Below, piece by piece: positions 17,401 through 25,967 of a stretch of DNA of 42,516 bases. The translations under genes and the position numbers were made by a program. Under the pieces are notes generated by a model that ran no database searches, was not told the origin of the DNA, and was given only the letters and a program-made list of their open reading frames with translations. This DNA comes from a virus: positions 1 through 42,516 of IMG/VR virus record IMGVR_UViG_3300013104_000038; one strand, 5' to 3'. How positions within the stretch are numbered: the stretch's first letter is position 1; each line of letters opens with the position of its first letter.

Positions 17401-17926
17401 CTCGGGGGCCTTCGTCGAGTTCGCCTCGGGCGCCAAGTCGGCCAGCGACGCCTTCGGCGGCATGATCGACGACGTGTACAAAAAGGCGCTCGCTTTCGTG
17501 GCGGACAAGGCGATCCAAGCGTTCTTCGATTCGTTCGGCATGTCGGGCAAGGCTGCGACCCCGGGCAGCTCGGCGGGCGGTTGGGCGAGCCTTGCGACCA
17601 ATTTCGCCGTGGCGCTTTTTGGCGGCGGCAGCACCGGCCCGGGTACGATCGGTGCCGGCCTGGCCAATGGTGGCCCCGCGGCCCCCGGCTCGGTGCATCC
17701 GATCGTCGAGAAAGGCCCCGAGATGCTCAGCATTGGCGCGCGGAGCTACCTGCTCATGGGCGACAAGCCGGGTCGCGTGACGCCGCTTGGCGAGGGCGGC
17801 GCGGGGCGCAGCGTGACCAATATCACCAATATCAACGTCCAGCCGACCAGCACGCGGCGCACGGCGGATCAGATCGCTGCGGCCAACGCGCGGACGCAGC
17901 GCATGGCGACCACGAGGAACGGATGA
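14408..17926 (+). CDS. Tape measure protein.
   Basis: 1172 aa, Ala/Gln-rich and helical. AAGGAA lies 7 nt upstream of the ATG. Confidence 0.93.
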   Translation: MATVATLDTVMRLNSTAFRQGMVQAAAQANSSLSSISKKASETASVLLSLKRAAETFGSFYLLKQGLGSLLEAQVQLQAIHYTLIAATGSSTKAADAFKFVSDESAKLGLILPDAAQGFANLSASATAAGVSMKDQQQLFDAYAKSATSLHLSTVQSNRALLALEQMFAKGKIQAQELRLQLGQAIPGAAQRFQNAVMGMTKGTDLAGKSFDQLLEAGALTTSKFLPALVTALQQSGRGWEQASEGLNANLNRVQTAWFNLKTEITNGLFTDVATAGAGALADNLSRIAGLITLIGAGGLAKISGTALGSGADRVTRLQQEYQGARMAAAAEAAYAKKIADTAVQEAALAATQKKMLADRQAASAALIAENQQIKFNAQAQVDSALALQVKQKALGAAAQSAMVLEAAEERLGVALAAQAQAQARVNAEMALAGPLSAKYAAAQGRLAVAETAVATAQARVAETRAAEAALGGFAAAAGRAAKSFGAFALSLVGGPWGLAVAAIGGLGYAIYSANKRWGEYIAKADEVARANEDVTATLKDLASAYASVNTRPDAGALKAGLDSAGEAAGKARKELDDLIAKRAELQDQRDRSTARGGLGFLIDPKIGELDAKIAHARSTMDDLTAAASQTQAELVAELTPAILNSANPALDFLATKVYGARDALAALHNLASLPSMFQDFIPQAIEASKAFKAYTAATDASTAAALKSIQTHGKSNEGLAQVRYEVLQSSAAYQNMTADQKAAAKAAYESDAALGRGLDALANKTKTRKTGIDQEAEAYKSLIAQINSRIQQDKEAAASTSTLTEAQRLQIKVQEEFKVGKTKLTAADQERAKQLLATAVAQSLVTRATLQQRDADKALLDLDRQLAEQAQQQARTNARVLEGIGHGSQWNEQRAGIESIQDAYRRQREEADKAYESAKLQQGASVILDNQHAAALGKITAAEQEAIAAQQQFYDAQKAANADWSKGFQSGIENFMTEQQNNAAAAQQMVSDLTTGFSGAFVEFASGAKSASDAFGGMIDDVYKKALAFVADKAIQAFFDSFGMSGKAATPGSSAGGWASLATNFAVALFGGGSTGPGTIGAGLANGGPAAPGSVHPIVEKGPEMLSIGARSYLLMGDKPGRVTPLGEGGAGRSVTNITNINVQPTSTRRTADQIAAANARTQRMATTRNG

Positions 17927-17927
17927 C

Positions 17928-18530
17928 ATGACTTTCTACGCCATCCAGATCGCCCCTACGCCCGGCTTCGGCTTCATGGGCGGCCCCGAGTTCCAGACGA
18001 ATATTCAGAACATCGCCTCGGGCCGCGAGAAGCGCAACGCCGACTGGTCGATCTGCCGGCATAAATACTCGGCGCCGTTCCGCAACATTACGGAGCAGGC
18101 GTACCGCGCGATCAAGGAAGTCTTCCTGATCTGCCGCGGGCGAACGCATACTTTCCTTCACCGCGATTGGGGCGACTTCACCGCGACCGATGAGCCCTTC
18201 GGCACGGGGGACGGCGCCACGACGCTATTTTATCTGCGCAAGGTTTCGACGCTCGGCGCCGGGAGCTATACGCGGCTGATCGACAAGCCCGACGCGGGCG
18301 TAACGGTCAAGGTGAATGGCGTCGTCACCGCGGCGAGCGTGTCGCAGCTGGACGGCAGCGTGGCCTTTGGCAGTGCCCCGGCCAACGGCGCCGTGCTGAC
18401 CTGGACCGGCGAGTTTTTCGTGCATGTGCGTTTCGATATGGACTACCTGCCGTTCAGCCTGGACGACAAGAACGCGGGCGGCTTCGTGACCAATGGCAGC
18501 ATCGACTTGATCGAGGTACTCGACGAATGA
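17928..18530 (+). CDS. Distal tail protein (DUF2460-like, RcGTA g12-like).
   Basis: The N-terminus FGFMGGPEFQTNIQNIASGREKRNADWS...FRNI is characteristic of this family (from recollection). Confidence 0.78.
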   Translation: MTFYAIQIAPTPGFGFMGGPEFQTNIQNIASGREKRNADWSICRHKYSAPFRNITEQAYRAIKEVFLICRGRTHTFLHRDWGDFTATDEPFGTGDGATTLFYLRKVSTLGAGSYTRLIDKPDAGVTVKVNGVVTAASVSQLDGSVAFGSAPANGAVLTWTGEFFVHVRFDMDYLPFSLDDKNAGGFVTNGSIDLIEVLDE

Positions 18531-19654
18531 GCCGCAACGTCCCCGCCGCGTTGGCCGCGCATCTTCAGCAGCCGGCGACGACCATCTGCTATCTGCTCAA
18601 GGTCATGCCGAAGCGGGCGGGCGTGCCGACGTTCGGGCTCATCACGCTGGACGCCGACCGAGATTACGATGACGGCACCGGGTTGCTGACGTACCGGGCG
18701 AAGCGAGGCTACACCGCGTTCGACCTCGATACGAAGGCCGATCTCAGTGTGGACAGCAGTGAGGCGGCAGGCCTGCTCGCCGAGTATCCGGCCGACGGTG
18801 TGACCGCGGAGGGCATTGCTCGCGGCGACTACGACGGCGCGCGGTTCGTGCAGTATCTCGTGAACTACGAGGATCTGACGATGGGCCACGTCATCCTCAA
18901 CTCGGGCCAGGTCGGCCAGGTGAAGATGATCGATGATCTGACCTGCAAGATCGAGCTGCGCAGCCTGACCCAGATCCTCAAGCAGAACTCCATTATCGAG
19001 CTGACCTCGATCACCTGCCGCGCGCAGTTCGGCGATGCGCGCTGCAAGATGGCGCTGATTTGGTACGGCGGCGCGGTCGGCACGGTGGGCCTTGAATCGG
19101 ATCGGGTCTTCACTGCCGATGCCGGCGTAGGCTTCGTCGATGCGTTCACCAATGCGTCGATTGGCGTCGGCGACGGGGCGACGGTCGCCTTCCAGCTCAA
19201 GGACTCCCAGGGCGTTGCGGTGACGGCGAATTACGTCATCACCGAGATGCATGTAGGCGGCGCTGCGACGACTGCCTACACCGACAACGGCGCCGGCCTG
19301 CTGACCTTTACCACAGCTCCCGCCTCGGCTGCCGATATTGCTTGGGACGGCAGTGTTACCTTGCCGTCGCCGGCCGACGGTTACTTCGTGCCGGGCGTTG
19401 TGCATTGGGAGACGGGGGCCAATGCCGGCCGCGAGAACGAGATCGAGGAGTACGTCGCGGCCACGCGGCAAGTGACGCTTGTCATCCCGACGTACCAGAC
19501 GATTGCCGAGGACGATCTCTTCACGATCCGGCGCGACTGCGACAAATCGAAGGCGATGTGCATTGCCTACGGCAACCTGCTGAACATGCGGGCCGAGCCG
19601 GAACTACCGCGCGCCGACGGCTCCGATCTGCAGTCACCGACGAAGGTGGGCTGA
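18527..19654 (+). CDS. Tail hub protein (DUF2163 / BR0599-like, RcGTA g13-like).
   Basis: C-terminal RRDCDKSKAMCIAYGNLLNMRAEPELP motif. ATGA coupling. Confidence 0.78.
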   Translation: MSRNVPAALAAHLQQPATTICYLLKVMPKRAGVPTFGLITLDADRDYDDGTGLLTYRAKRGYTAFDLDTKADLSVDSSEAAGLLAEYPADGVTAEGIARGDYDGARFVQYLVNYEDLTMGHVILNSGQVGQVKMIDDLTCKIELRSLTQILKQNSIIELTSITCRAQFGDARCKMALIWYGGAVGTVGLESDRVFTADAGVGFVDAFTNASIGVGDGATVAFQLKDSQGVAVTANYVITEMHVGGAATTAYTDNGAGLLTFTTAPASAADIAWDGSVTLPSPADGYFVPGVVHWETGANAGRENEIEEYVAATRQVTLVIPTYQTIAEDDLFTIRRDCDKSKAMCIAYGNLLNMRAEPELPRADGSDLQSPTKVG

Positions 19655-19655
19655 G

Positions 19656-20102
19656 ATGCGCGCCATCGGACCTCCGCTGTCGCCGCAGGAGCGCCTCGCG
19701 TTCATCGCCGAGGCGCGTACCTACCTCGACCCGCCCGTGCGCTTCCGGCACCAGGGGCGCAGCCGGCGTGGCGTCGATTGCGCGGGGCTGCTGCTGGTCA
19801 GCATGGCCGCCATCGGCCGGCCCATCGTCGACCTGGAAGCCTACGGCCGCGAGCCGTTGGGCGATGGACTGCGCGGGATGCTCGTCGCCAATCTCGGTGA
19901 GGCATTGCCGAAGTCCGAGATGCAGCCCGGCGATGTGGCGCTGATGCGCTTCCGCGGCGAGCCAACGCACGTCGCGTTGCTCGGGGATTATATGTACGGA
20001 GGGTGTTCCCTGATCCACGCCTACGCTGCAGTGAAAAAAGTCGTCGAGCATCGGGTCGACGCTGAGTGGTTCGGCAATATCGTGGAGGTATTCCGTCCAT
20101 GA
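19656..20102 (+). CDS. NlpC/P60-family cell-wall peptidase (tail-associated).
   Basis: RRGVDCAGLLL contains the catalytic Cys and PTHVALL the His. 148 aa. Confidence 0.85.
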   Translation: MRAIGPPLSPQERLAFIAEARTYLDPPVRFRHQGRSRRGVDCAGLLLVSMAAIGRPIVDLEAYGREPLGDGLRGMLVANLGEALPKSEMQPGDVALMRFRGEPTHVALLGDYMYGGCSLIHAYAAVKKVVEHRVDAEWFGNIVEVFRP

Positions 20103-22534
20103 GCGGCCAGCAGATAGGCACAGTCATTGGCGGCGCGATTGGCGCGTACTTCGGCGGCCCGGCCGGCGCGCAGCTCGGCATGGCTATCGGCGGCATGATC
20201 GGCGGCGCGGTCGACCCGACGCACATCAATGGGCCGAAGATCGGCGACGGCCAGCAGCAGACCGCGACGGATGGCGCGCCGATCGCGTGGGTGCAGGGCA
20301 CGGCGATGATTGCTGGCACCATCTGCCAGGTTGGGCCGCGTCGCCAGATTCGTCACAAGGACAACGGCAAGGGTAGCGGCACGGTCGCGGTGACCTATAC
20401 CGCCGTGCAGGACTTCGCGATTCTCGTGTGCGAGTCGAGCGAGCTGCGCGATAGCACGATCAATTCGATCCTGATGGTGATCCAAGACGGCAAGCTCGTT
20501 TATGACGTGCGACCCGGGTCGGGCATGCTGGCCGATTCCTATAAATGGAAGGCCAATGTTGACTTCCTTTTTGGGGGCGAAGATCAGCTTCCGCATCCTA
20601 CGCTCGAAGCGATTACGGGAGTCGGCAACACAGCCGCCTATCGCGGAAGTTGCATTGCCGTATTCAAGAGTTTCGACGTGAGCCAAGCGGGCGATCGGAT
20701 TCCGAATTTTCAGTTCGTCGTTTCCAGTTCATCGGGCTTCACCGAGCTGCTTACGGCCGATACGGCTTTTGACGCGTTACAAGGGTCATCCGCGCCGACT
20801 CCGGGCAACAGCTATACCTACGAGCTGAACCCGACGGATACTTTGATGTTGGAAGTGTTCGACGGGATGCGGTACCGGGGCTGGCGGTACGACACTTTCA
20901 CGAACAAGGCTAATTGGTCGAATCGTATTGCGGTGTCAAAAGACGGTGCGGATTCGTTGTATTTCACCGACTTCGCGACGACCCAAGAGGCGGCCTTCGC
21001 CGCGGCTAAAGCCGCCTCGCCCCTCTACATTACGGGAGGCTCAACCTACGTAGCTTGGCTGAGTGATTTCCCCGTTTCGGACAATATAGGCGGTGCGTCC
21101 GTTCGTATTAGTCGGGTCCATGCAGGGGGCAGCATCCCGACACTGGCGGGCATCATTCAGCGCATTTGCCTGCGCGGCGGCCTGAGCGCTGAAGATTTCG
21201 ATCTCGGGGACATGGACTCGGTAGCCGTAATGGGTTACCCAATCGCGCGCCAGGCTAATGCGGCAGACTGCCTGCTACCGCTGCTCCAGGCGGACTTCGG
21301 TTTTGCTTCGGAGTATGACGCAAAGTTGCGCTTCAAATTTTACGGGGAGGATGCGGTTGTCGTTGTCGATCGCGCTGATTTGATCGAAGGCAACGACTCT
21401 AACAACGGCGCCATCGTCAGTAACCTGCGCAACCAAAGCACCGAGTTTCCTCGACGCATCGTGGGTAGCTACATGGACCCTGCGCAGAATTACACCGTTG
21501 TCGACGTAGCCGCAGAGCGACGTGCCGTCGACGTGATCGCCATCGGCGACCAGTCGTTTCAGATCCCGGTCGTTATGGCGGCTGACGACGCAGCGAAGGC
21601 GGTCGATAAGGCATTGAAGGTCGCATACGCCACACTGGAGGGGACACTTGAGTATTCCACGCCGTTTGCCGGTTCAGACGTCTATCTGAGCTTGGCTGCT
21701 GGCGAACCCTTGCAGTTCCAGGGCAAGCGGTATGTGCTCGACGAGCTGATCCTCGGCAACGGCAATCTGAAGCTAGACACTCGATACGATCGTCAGAGTG
21801 CCTATACGTCGAACGTGCAAGCTATCCTCGGCAATGCCCCGACGCCTCCCGTTTCGCCGTACTCAGGTCCGACCACGCTCATCCCGATGAATCTGCCGGC
21901 GCAGCGGCCGCAGGATAGCGTCGGGGTCTACATTGCGGCGGCCGCAAGCTATGGGAGCGATAGCTGGCGCGGGTGCAACGTGCAGGTTTCCTATGACGGT
22001 TTGGCGACTTGGCAAAATGCATTGCAGATCGTTATGGAGTCGACAATCGGAACGATCGACTCAGCGGCCACAGTGGATAGTGAGCCGGTGGTAGTCGACA
22101 CTGTAAAATACGACTTGGAGAATGCTACGAGTGCGCAGCTCTCGGCCGGAGCGAATGCTTTCTCGGTGACTGACTCAACGGGGAGTACTACCCAACTCGG
22201 GCAATTTGGCGCGGCTACTGAAACGGCAACGGCGCACCAATTTGAGCTGACTTCGATTTCACGTTCGCTGGGCGGGACGGCTGCCGCGCCGATGGCCGCG
22301 GATGATAAATTCGCGCTTATGGACGCTGCTTATTTTCTGCCGATCGACCCGAGTTTCGCCGGGCGCACCCTCTATTTCAGGGGCGTGGGCTTTGGCGAGA
22401 TCGCAGAGGATGCGCAAATCTTCTCGCTCGTTTACACCGCACTCATTGCGGCGGCGGGCCAGCAGCGCATAGCTGAAGATGGGACGCCACGCATAGCTGA
22501 AGACGGCTTCAACTTGAGATTTACGGAGAACTGA
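20099..22534 (+). CDS. Large host-specificity / central tail protein (gpJ- and RcGTA g15-like).
   Basis: 811 aa with a Gly-zipper N-terminus (GGAIGAYFGGPAGAQLGMAIGGMIGG) and a duplicated C-terminal RIAEDG. ATGA coupling. Confidence 0.85.
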   Translation: MSGQQIGTVIGGAIGAYFGGPAGAQLGMAIGGMIGGAVDPTHINGPKIGDGQQQTATDGAPIAWVQGTAMIAGTICQVGPRRQIRHKDNGKGSGTVAVTYTAVQDFAILVCESSELRDSTINSILMVIQDGKLVYDVRPGSGMLADSYKWKANVDFLFGGEDQLPHPTLEAITGVGNTAAYRGSCIAVFKSFDVSQAGDRIPNFQFVVSSSSGFTELLTADTAFDALQGSSAPTPGNSYTYELNPTDTLMLEVFDGMRYRGWRYDTFTNKANWSNRIAVSKDGADSLYFTDFATTQEAAFAAAKAASPLYITGGSTYVAWLSDFPVSDNIGGASVRISRVHAGGSIPTLAGIIQRICLRGGLSAEDFDLGDMDSVAVMGYPIARQANAADCLLPLLQADFGFASEYDAKLRFKFYGEDAVVVVDRADLIEGNDSNNGAIVSNLRNQSTEFPRRIVGSYMDPAQNYTVVDVAAERRAVDVIAIGDQSFQIPVVMAADDAAKAVDKALKVAYATLEGTLEYSTPFAGSDVYLSLAAGEPLQFQGKRYVLDELILGNGNLKLDTRYDRQSAYTSNVQAILGNAPTPPVSPYSGPTTLIPMNLPAQRPQDSVGVYIAAAASYGSDSWRGCNVQVSYDGLATWQNALQIVMESTIGTIDSAATVDSEPVVVDTVKYDLENATSAQLSAGANAFSVTDSTGSTTQLGQFGAATETATAHQFELTSISRSLGGTAAAPMAADDKFALMDAAYFLPIDPSFAGRTLYFRGVGFGEIAEDAQIFSLVYTALIAAAGQQRIAEDGTPRIAEDGFNLRFTEN

Positions 22535-22535
22535 A

Positions 22536-23012
22536 ATGGCCTTGAAAGATTCAGCCGCCCCCGCAGCCGGTGCCCTCGACGGAACCGAGATCGTTGTCGT
22601 GTCTCAAGTCGTATCGACGGTCTTGACCAGCGTCAGGACGACGATAGCGGGCTTGTTCGCGTACTTGCGCACCACGCTCGGTGTGTGGTCAAAGAATCAG
22701 TCGGTCACGCCTTTCGCGCTGACCTCGGGAACGACGGTAGCTATCGACGCGAGCAAATCGAACAACTTCAAGCTGACGATGGGGGCTGCGTGCAAGTTGT
22801 CGAATCCGACGAATCTCACGGAAGGCATGGTGCTGAACTTCGCGATCGACCAAGACGCTACGGGCGGCCGCGTGCTCACCTTCGACACGATGTTTAAATT
22901 TCCGGGCGGAACGGCGCCGACGTGGGTTACAACTGCCTCGGCGAAAAACTTCCTTAGCTGCTATTACGACGGGACAATCCTTCGTTGCAGCGGCGGCGCG
23001 GGGTACGCCTGA
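22536..23012 (+). CDS. Hypothetical tail/fibre-associated protein.
   Basis: 158 aa. Tightly packed between the J-like gene and the LamG gene. Confidence 0.6.
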   Translation: MALKDSAAPAAGALDGTEIVVVSQVVSTVLTSVRTTIAGLFAYLRTTLGVWSKNQSVTPFALTSGTTVAIDASKSNNFKLTMGAACKLSNPTNLTEGMVLNFAIDQDATGGRVLTFDTMFKFPGGTAPTWVTTASAKNFLSCYYDGTILRCSGGAGYA

Positions 23013-24022
23013 TGTTCGCCATGGGTCCGGCCTTTTTCAATCGATCCTCCGCCTACGCCGCGCTGGCGGTCACCGGCACGTTCGCCGCAGCTACCGTTGG
23101 GGTGGCATACTCATCCAGCCTCCCGATCACGGGTGGTCTTGAGCCGTACTCGCTGACGGGCGGCACGGGCATTGCGTCCGGCTCGCTCGATACCGGCTTT
23201 GCGCTGTCGATCACCGGAACGACGGGGGCGCGCTTCCTGACGCTCGCCTGTGCCTCGCCAACGACGGCGGACACGATGAGCTTCACCGCTTCCGTTGACT
23301 CGGCGGACTCACAGTCGGTGACAAGTGCGCAGAGCGTGACGGTAGCTGCAAGCCCCACGGTGTCGCTTCTGCATTTCGATGGCACGAACGGCAGCACGAC
23401 GTTCACCGATGCAGTGGGGCACATCTGGACGCCGCTCGGCAGCGCGTCTATCAGCACGGCCCGATCGAAGTTCGGCAGCGCCTCGGGCCTGTTCCCGGGC
23501 AACGGGGCAATCAGTACGCCATACCATAGCGATTTCGATCTGCTGTCGGCGAGCGCTTCCACGGTGGAAGGATTCGTATATCAGACCACCGGGGGCGACC
23601 GTCGCATCTTCACGTTGGGGGGGTCGGTAACCGCGGCCAATAATACGACGGGGTATCATCTGCTCTTGCAAGTAAACTCCTTAGGCCAGTTCGTCGCGAC
23701 GGTATCCAACGGCACGAGTGCGCCCATCTCCTTCAATTCGGGAAGTGCGCATATCGTGGCGAACGCCTGGCAACACGTAGCGATGTGCATTGACTCCACT
23801 TCGATTCGCCTATACGCCGAGGGCAACCTATTGGGATCTACGTCATCGAGCACTATCGTGCGGCCCTCGGGAAATCCGCTGCCGAGCATTGGGCGTATTA
23901 CGTCGCAAGGCACGGGTAACGACTGGATCGGCAACATAGACGAGTTCCGCGTCACCAAGGGCGCCGCCCTTTACACGGGTAGCGCGTACACCGTGCCGAC
24001 CGCGCCGTTCACATATCCCTGA
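23012..24022 (+). CDS. LamG / concanavalin-A-like lectin-domain protein; putative receptor-binding or fibre protein.
   Basis: The Laminin_G_3-like pattern runs LLHFDGTNGSTTFTD...WQHVAMCIDSTSIRLYAEGNLLG...GNIDEFRVTKGAALY. The N-terminal half is Ser/Thr-rich. Confidence 0.7.
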   Translation: MFAMGPAFFNRSSAYAALAVTGTFAAATVGVAYSSSLPITGGLEPYSLTGGTGIASGSLDTGFALSITGTTGARFLTLACASPTTADTMSFTASVDSADSQSVTSAQSVTVAASPTVSLLHFDGTNGSTTFTDAVGHIWTPLGSASISTARSKFGSASGLFPGNGAISTPYHSDFDLLSASASTVEGFVYQTTGGDRRIFTLGGSVTAANNTTGYHLLLQVNSLGQFVATVSNGTSAPISFNSGSAHIVANAWQHVAMCIDSTSIRLYAEGNLLGSTSSSTIVRPSGNPLPSIGRITSQGTGNDWIGNIDEFRVTKGAALYTGSAYTVPTAPFTYP

Positions 24023-24031
24023 GCTTCCAGT

Positions 24032-25480
24032 TCACTTCCGGTATCGCCGCCCGCGCCAGCCGCCCTTTGCCTTGATCGGCCAACCGGCGGCCCAGGGCGG
24101 CATGACGTTCATCTCGGCCTCGAAGGCTTCGATCGAGCCGAAACCCTTGGGCACCTCGGAGGCGTTCTCGTCGTAGACATGCAGCACGACGGGATAGCCG
24201 GCGGCTTCGAGCCGGTGCTGCCCGTGGCGTAGGATGCGGTTGGCCGTCGCTTGGCAAGCATTTTCCAGCAGCTTGCCCGAGTACGTGGTCATCGCGCACC
24301 AGCCGTAGGCGCCCATCTTGGGGTTCGTATTGTACCCCTCGTAACTGATCTGCAGTCCGCGCCAGTCGTCCTTCCCCGGCTGCAGGCGCGGCCGATGGTA
24401 GGGGATATAGCTACCGTCCGGCAGGAACATGTAGAGCACGTCGTCATGCACGTACATCGTGAGCCCCGAGAACGCGCCGTCCAGGCGCATGACTGGGTAC
24501 TGCGTCTCGGGGTTCTGGATCGCTAGCACCGCCATCCCTTCCAGCCCATGCAGATACGGCACGCCCTTCCAAGGCGGCACGCCGTCAGCGCGCGCGCGGC
24601 ACCATTCCCATTCCTCGCCCGCATTGACCAAGCCGCCGACGGCTACCGCTGCTTGATGCCATGCGGCCGTCGACTGCGGGCAGCTCTGGCCGCCGCCGAG
24701 GAAGACGATGTTCGGGCTCGCGGCGCGCCAGCGCAGGATCAGATCGCGCGCTTCGTTGTCGTCGCCCTCGAAACCCATCGCGCGCAATGCGCCGATCCAG
24801 CCAAGGAAGCCCAGCGCCAGTTCGGTCACTTTGCCTTTCTTGCGCAGGGGATGGTGGTTGCCGGTGGTCTGCTTATATTCCAGCAGCTCGGCCAGCGGCA
24901 CCTTGAACGTCTCGGCCGCTGACGCTTCGTAAATCTTGCCATGCGTGCGGAATACGTCGATGCGCCACTGCTCGCCGGCCAGCATCGCGTTCACGACGGC
25001 CTCGATCGCCGAGTAGTCCGAGCAGATAAACTCGTGCTCCTCGTCGGTGCAGAGCAGCGAGCGGAGCGATCCGCCCATGACCGCCAGCGCATCGCCCCAG
25101 ATGCCCTCAACGAAGTCCAGGTCGCGCGTCGCAATCGCCGCCAGGCCATCCTCGGCCGCCGCCGCGTTCCATTCCTCGGCCTTGCTGGCCGGCCCGCGTA
25201 GCTGGAAGCACCACGGGCAGGCGACGCGCAGCGCGGGGTGCCAGTGGCCGCAATGGGCGCACTGGCGCACCTCGGGGCCGGAGTTCGGGAAATTGGTGGG
25301 CTGCGGCCCGCTACCCGTCGGACGGCCGGTTCTCGCGCCGTCCACGGTGAACAGGTCGTGCACCCGGTTGGCGGCGGTCATCTGGCCGCGCAACGCGTAG
25401 ACTTTCTTGACGCTGGCGCTCCCGACTGCCTGGCGGATCTCCAGCGCGCGAATGCAGGCTTTGAGGTCGGTTTGGTTCAT
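24032..25480 (-). CDS. DNA polymerase family A, polymerase (fingers/palm) fragment.
   Basis: Motifs seen: TGRPTGSGPQPTNFP; motif A ICSDYSAIEAVV; motif B RKKGKVTELALGFLGW; motif C VVLHVYDENASEV. No exonuclease domain. The ATG overlaps the MTase stop (ATGA). Confidence 0.9.
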   Translation of the reverse strand: MNQTDLKACIRALEIRQAVGSASVKKVYALRGQMTAANRVHDLFTVDGARTGRPTGSGPQPTNFPNSGPEVRQCAHCGHWHPALRVACPWCFQLRGPASKAEEWNAAAAEDGLAAIATRDLDFVEGIWGDALAVMGGSLRSLLCTDEEHEFICSDYSAIEAVVNAMLAGEQWRIDVFRTHGKIYEASAAETFKVPLAELLEYKQTTGNHHPLRKKGKVTELALGFLGWIGALRAMGFEGDDNEARDLILRWRAASPNIVFLGGGQSCPQSTAAWHQAAVAVGGLVNAGEEWEWCRARADGVPPWKGVPYLHGLEGMAVLAIQNPETQYPVMRLDGAFSGLTMYVHDDVLYMFLPDGSYIPYHRPRLQPGKDDWRGLQISYEGYNTNPKMGAYGWCAMTTYSGKLLENACQATANRILRHGQHRLEAAGYPVVLHVYDENASEVPKGFGSIEAFEAEMNVMPPWAAGWPIKAKGGWRGRRYRK

Positions 25481-25956
25481 GCGACGTAGCCTGGCAGCCC
25501 GCAGTCCCGCAACACCAGTGCGTTATACGTGCCGTAGGCAATCAAGACAATCGGGCCGCCGCTATTACCTTTGGCTTTCGTGCCGTCTTGGTGGCGGAAA
25601 TGCGGGCGCCCCTTTAGAAATAGCACCCCGGAAGCCCGGCCCCACACCGAGCGGTGAAAGCCAGCCGTATCGGTACGCGCGAAAGCAAGTGCGATGCCGT
25701 TGCCGTGCGCCGCCATCTTTTCAAGCCAAGGCCACGTATGTTCGCCAAACGGTGGATTGAGCCATACCCGACCGCTCCACTCGGCATGCAGGCCGTCCTC
25801 GGGCAGTTCGATATGACGCAGCGCAGTCGGCCAAGGCCTAGGACTTGGAGCCGCACACGGATCGAGGTCGAAGACACCGAGGGCATCCAAAATTTCAGGC
25901 GGCGTCAGCCATGTATGCGTCGCGGCAACTGGCCGATTTGCATAGGGGTGTTTCAT
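25477..25956 (-). CDS. DNA N6-adenine methyltransferase (phage Dam-like).
   Basis: FDLDPCA and VWLNPPFG motifs. 159 aa. GAGGAA lies upstream of the ATG. Confidence 0.82.
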   Translation of the reverse strand: MKHPYANRPVAATHTWLTPPEILDALGVFDLDPCAAPSPRPWPTALRHIELPEDGLHAEWSGRVWLNPPFGEHTWPWLEKMAAHGNGIALAFARTDTAGFHRSVWGRASGVLFLKGRPHFRHQDGTKAKGNSGGPIVLIAYGTYNALVLRDCGLPGYVA

Positions 25957-25967
25957 TCAGGTGTTCC

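Noticed and set aside
22466-22503. Direct 14-nt repeat CGCATAGCTGAAGA, 24 nt apart, at the end of the J-like gene.
   Set aside because: This is an in-frame duplication giving RIAEDG..RIAEDG, a short peptide repeat within a tail protein. It is not a separate element.
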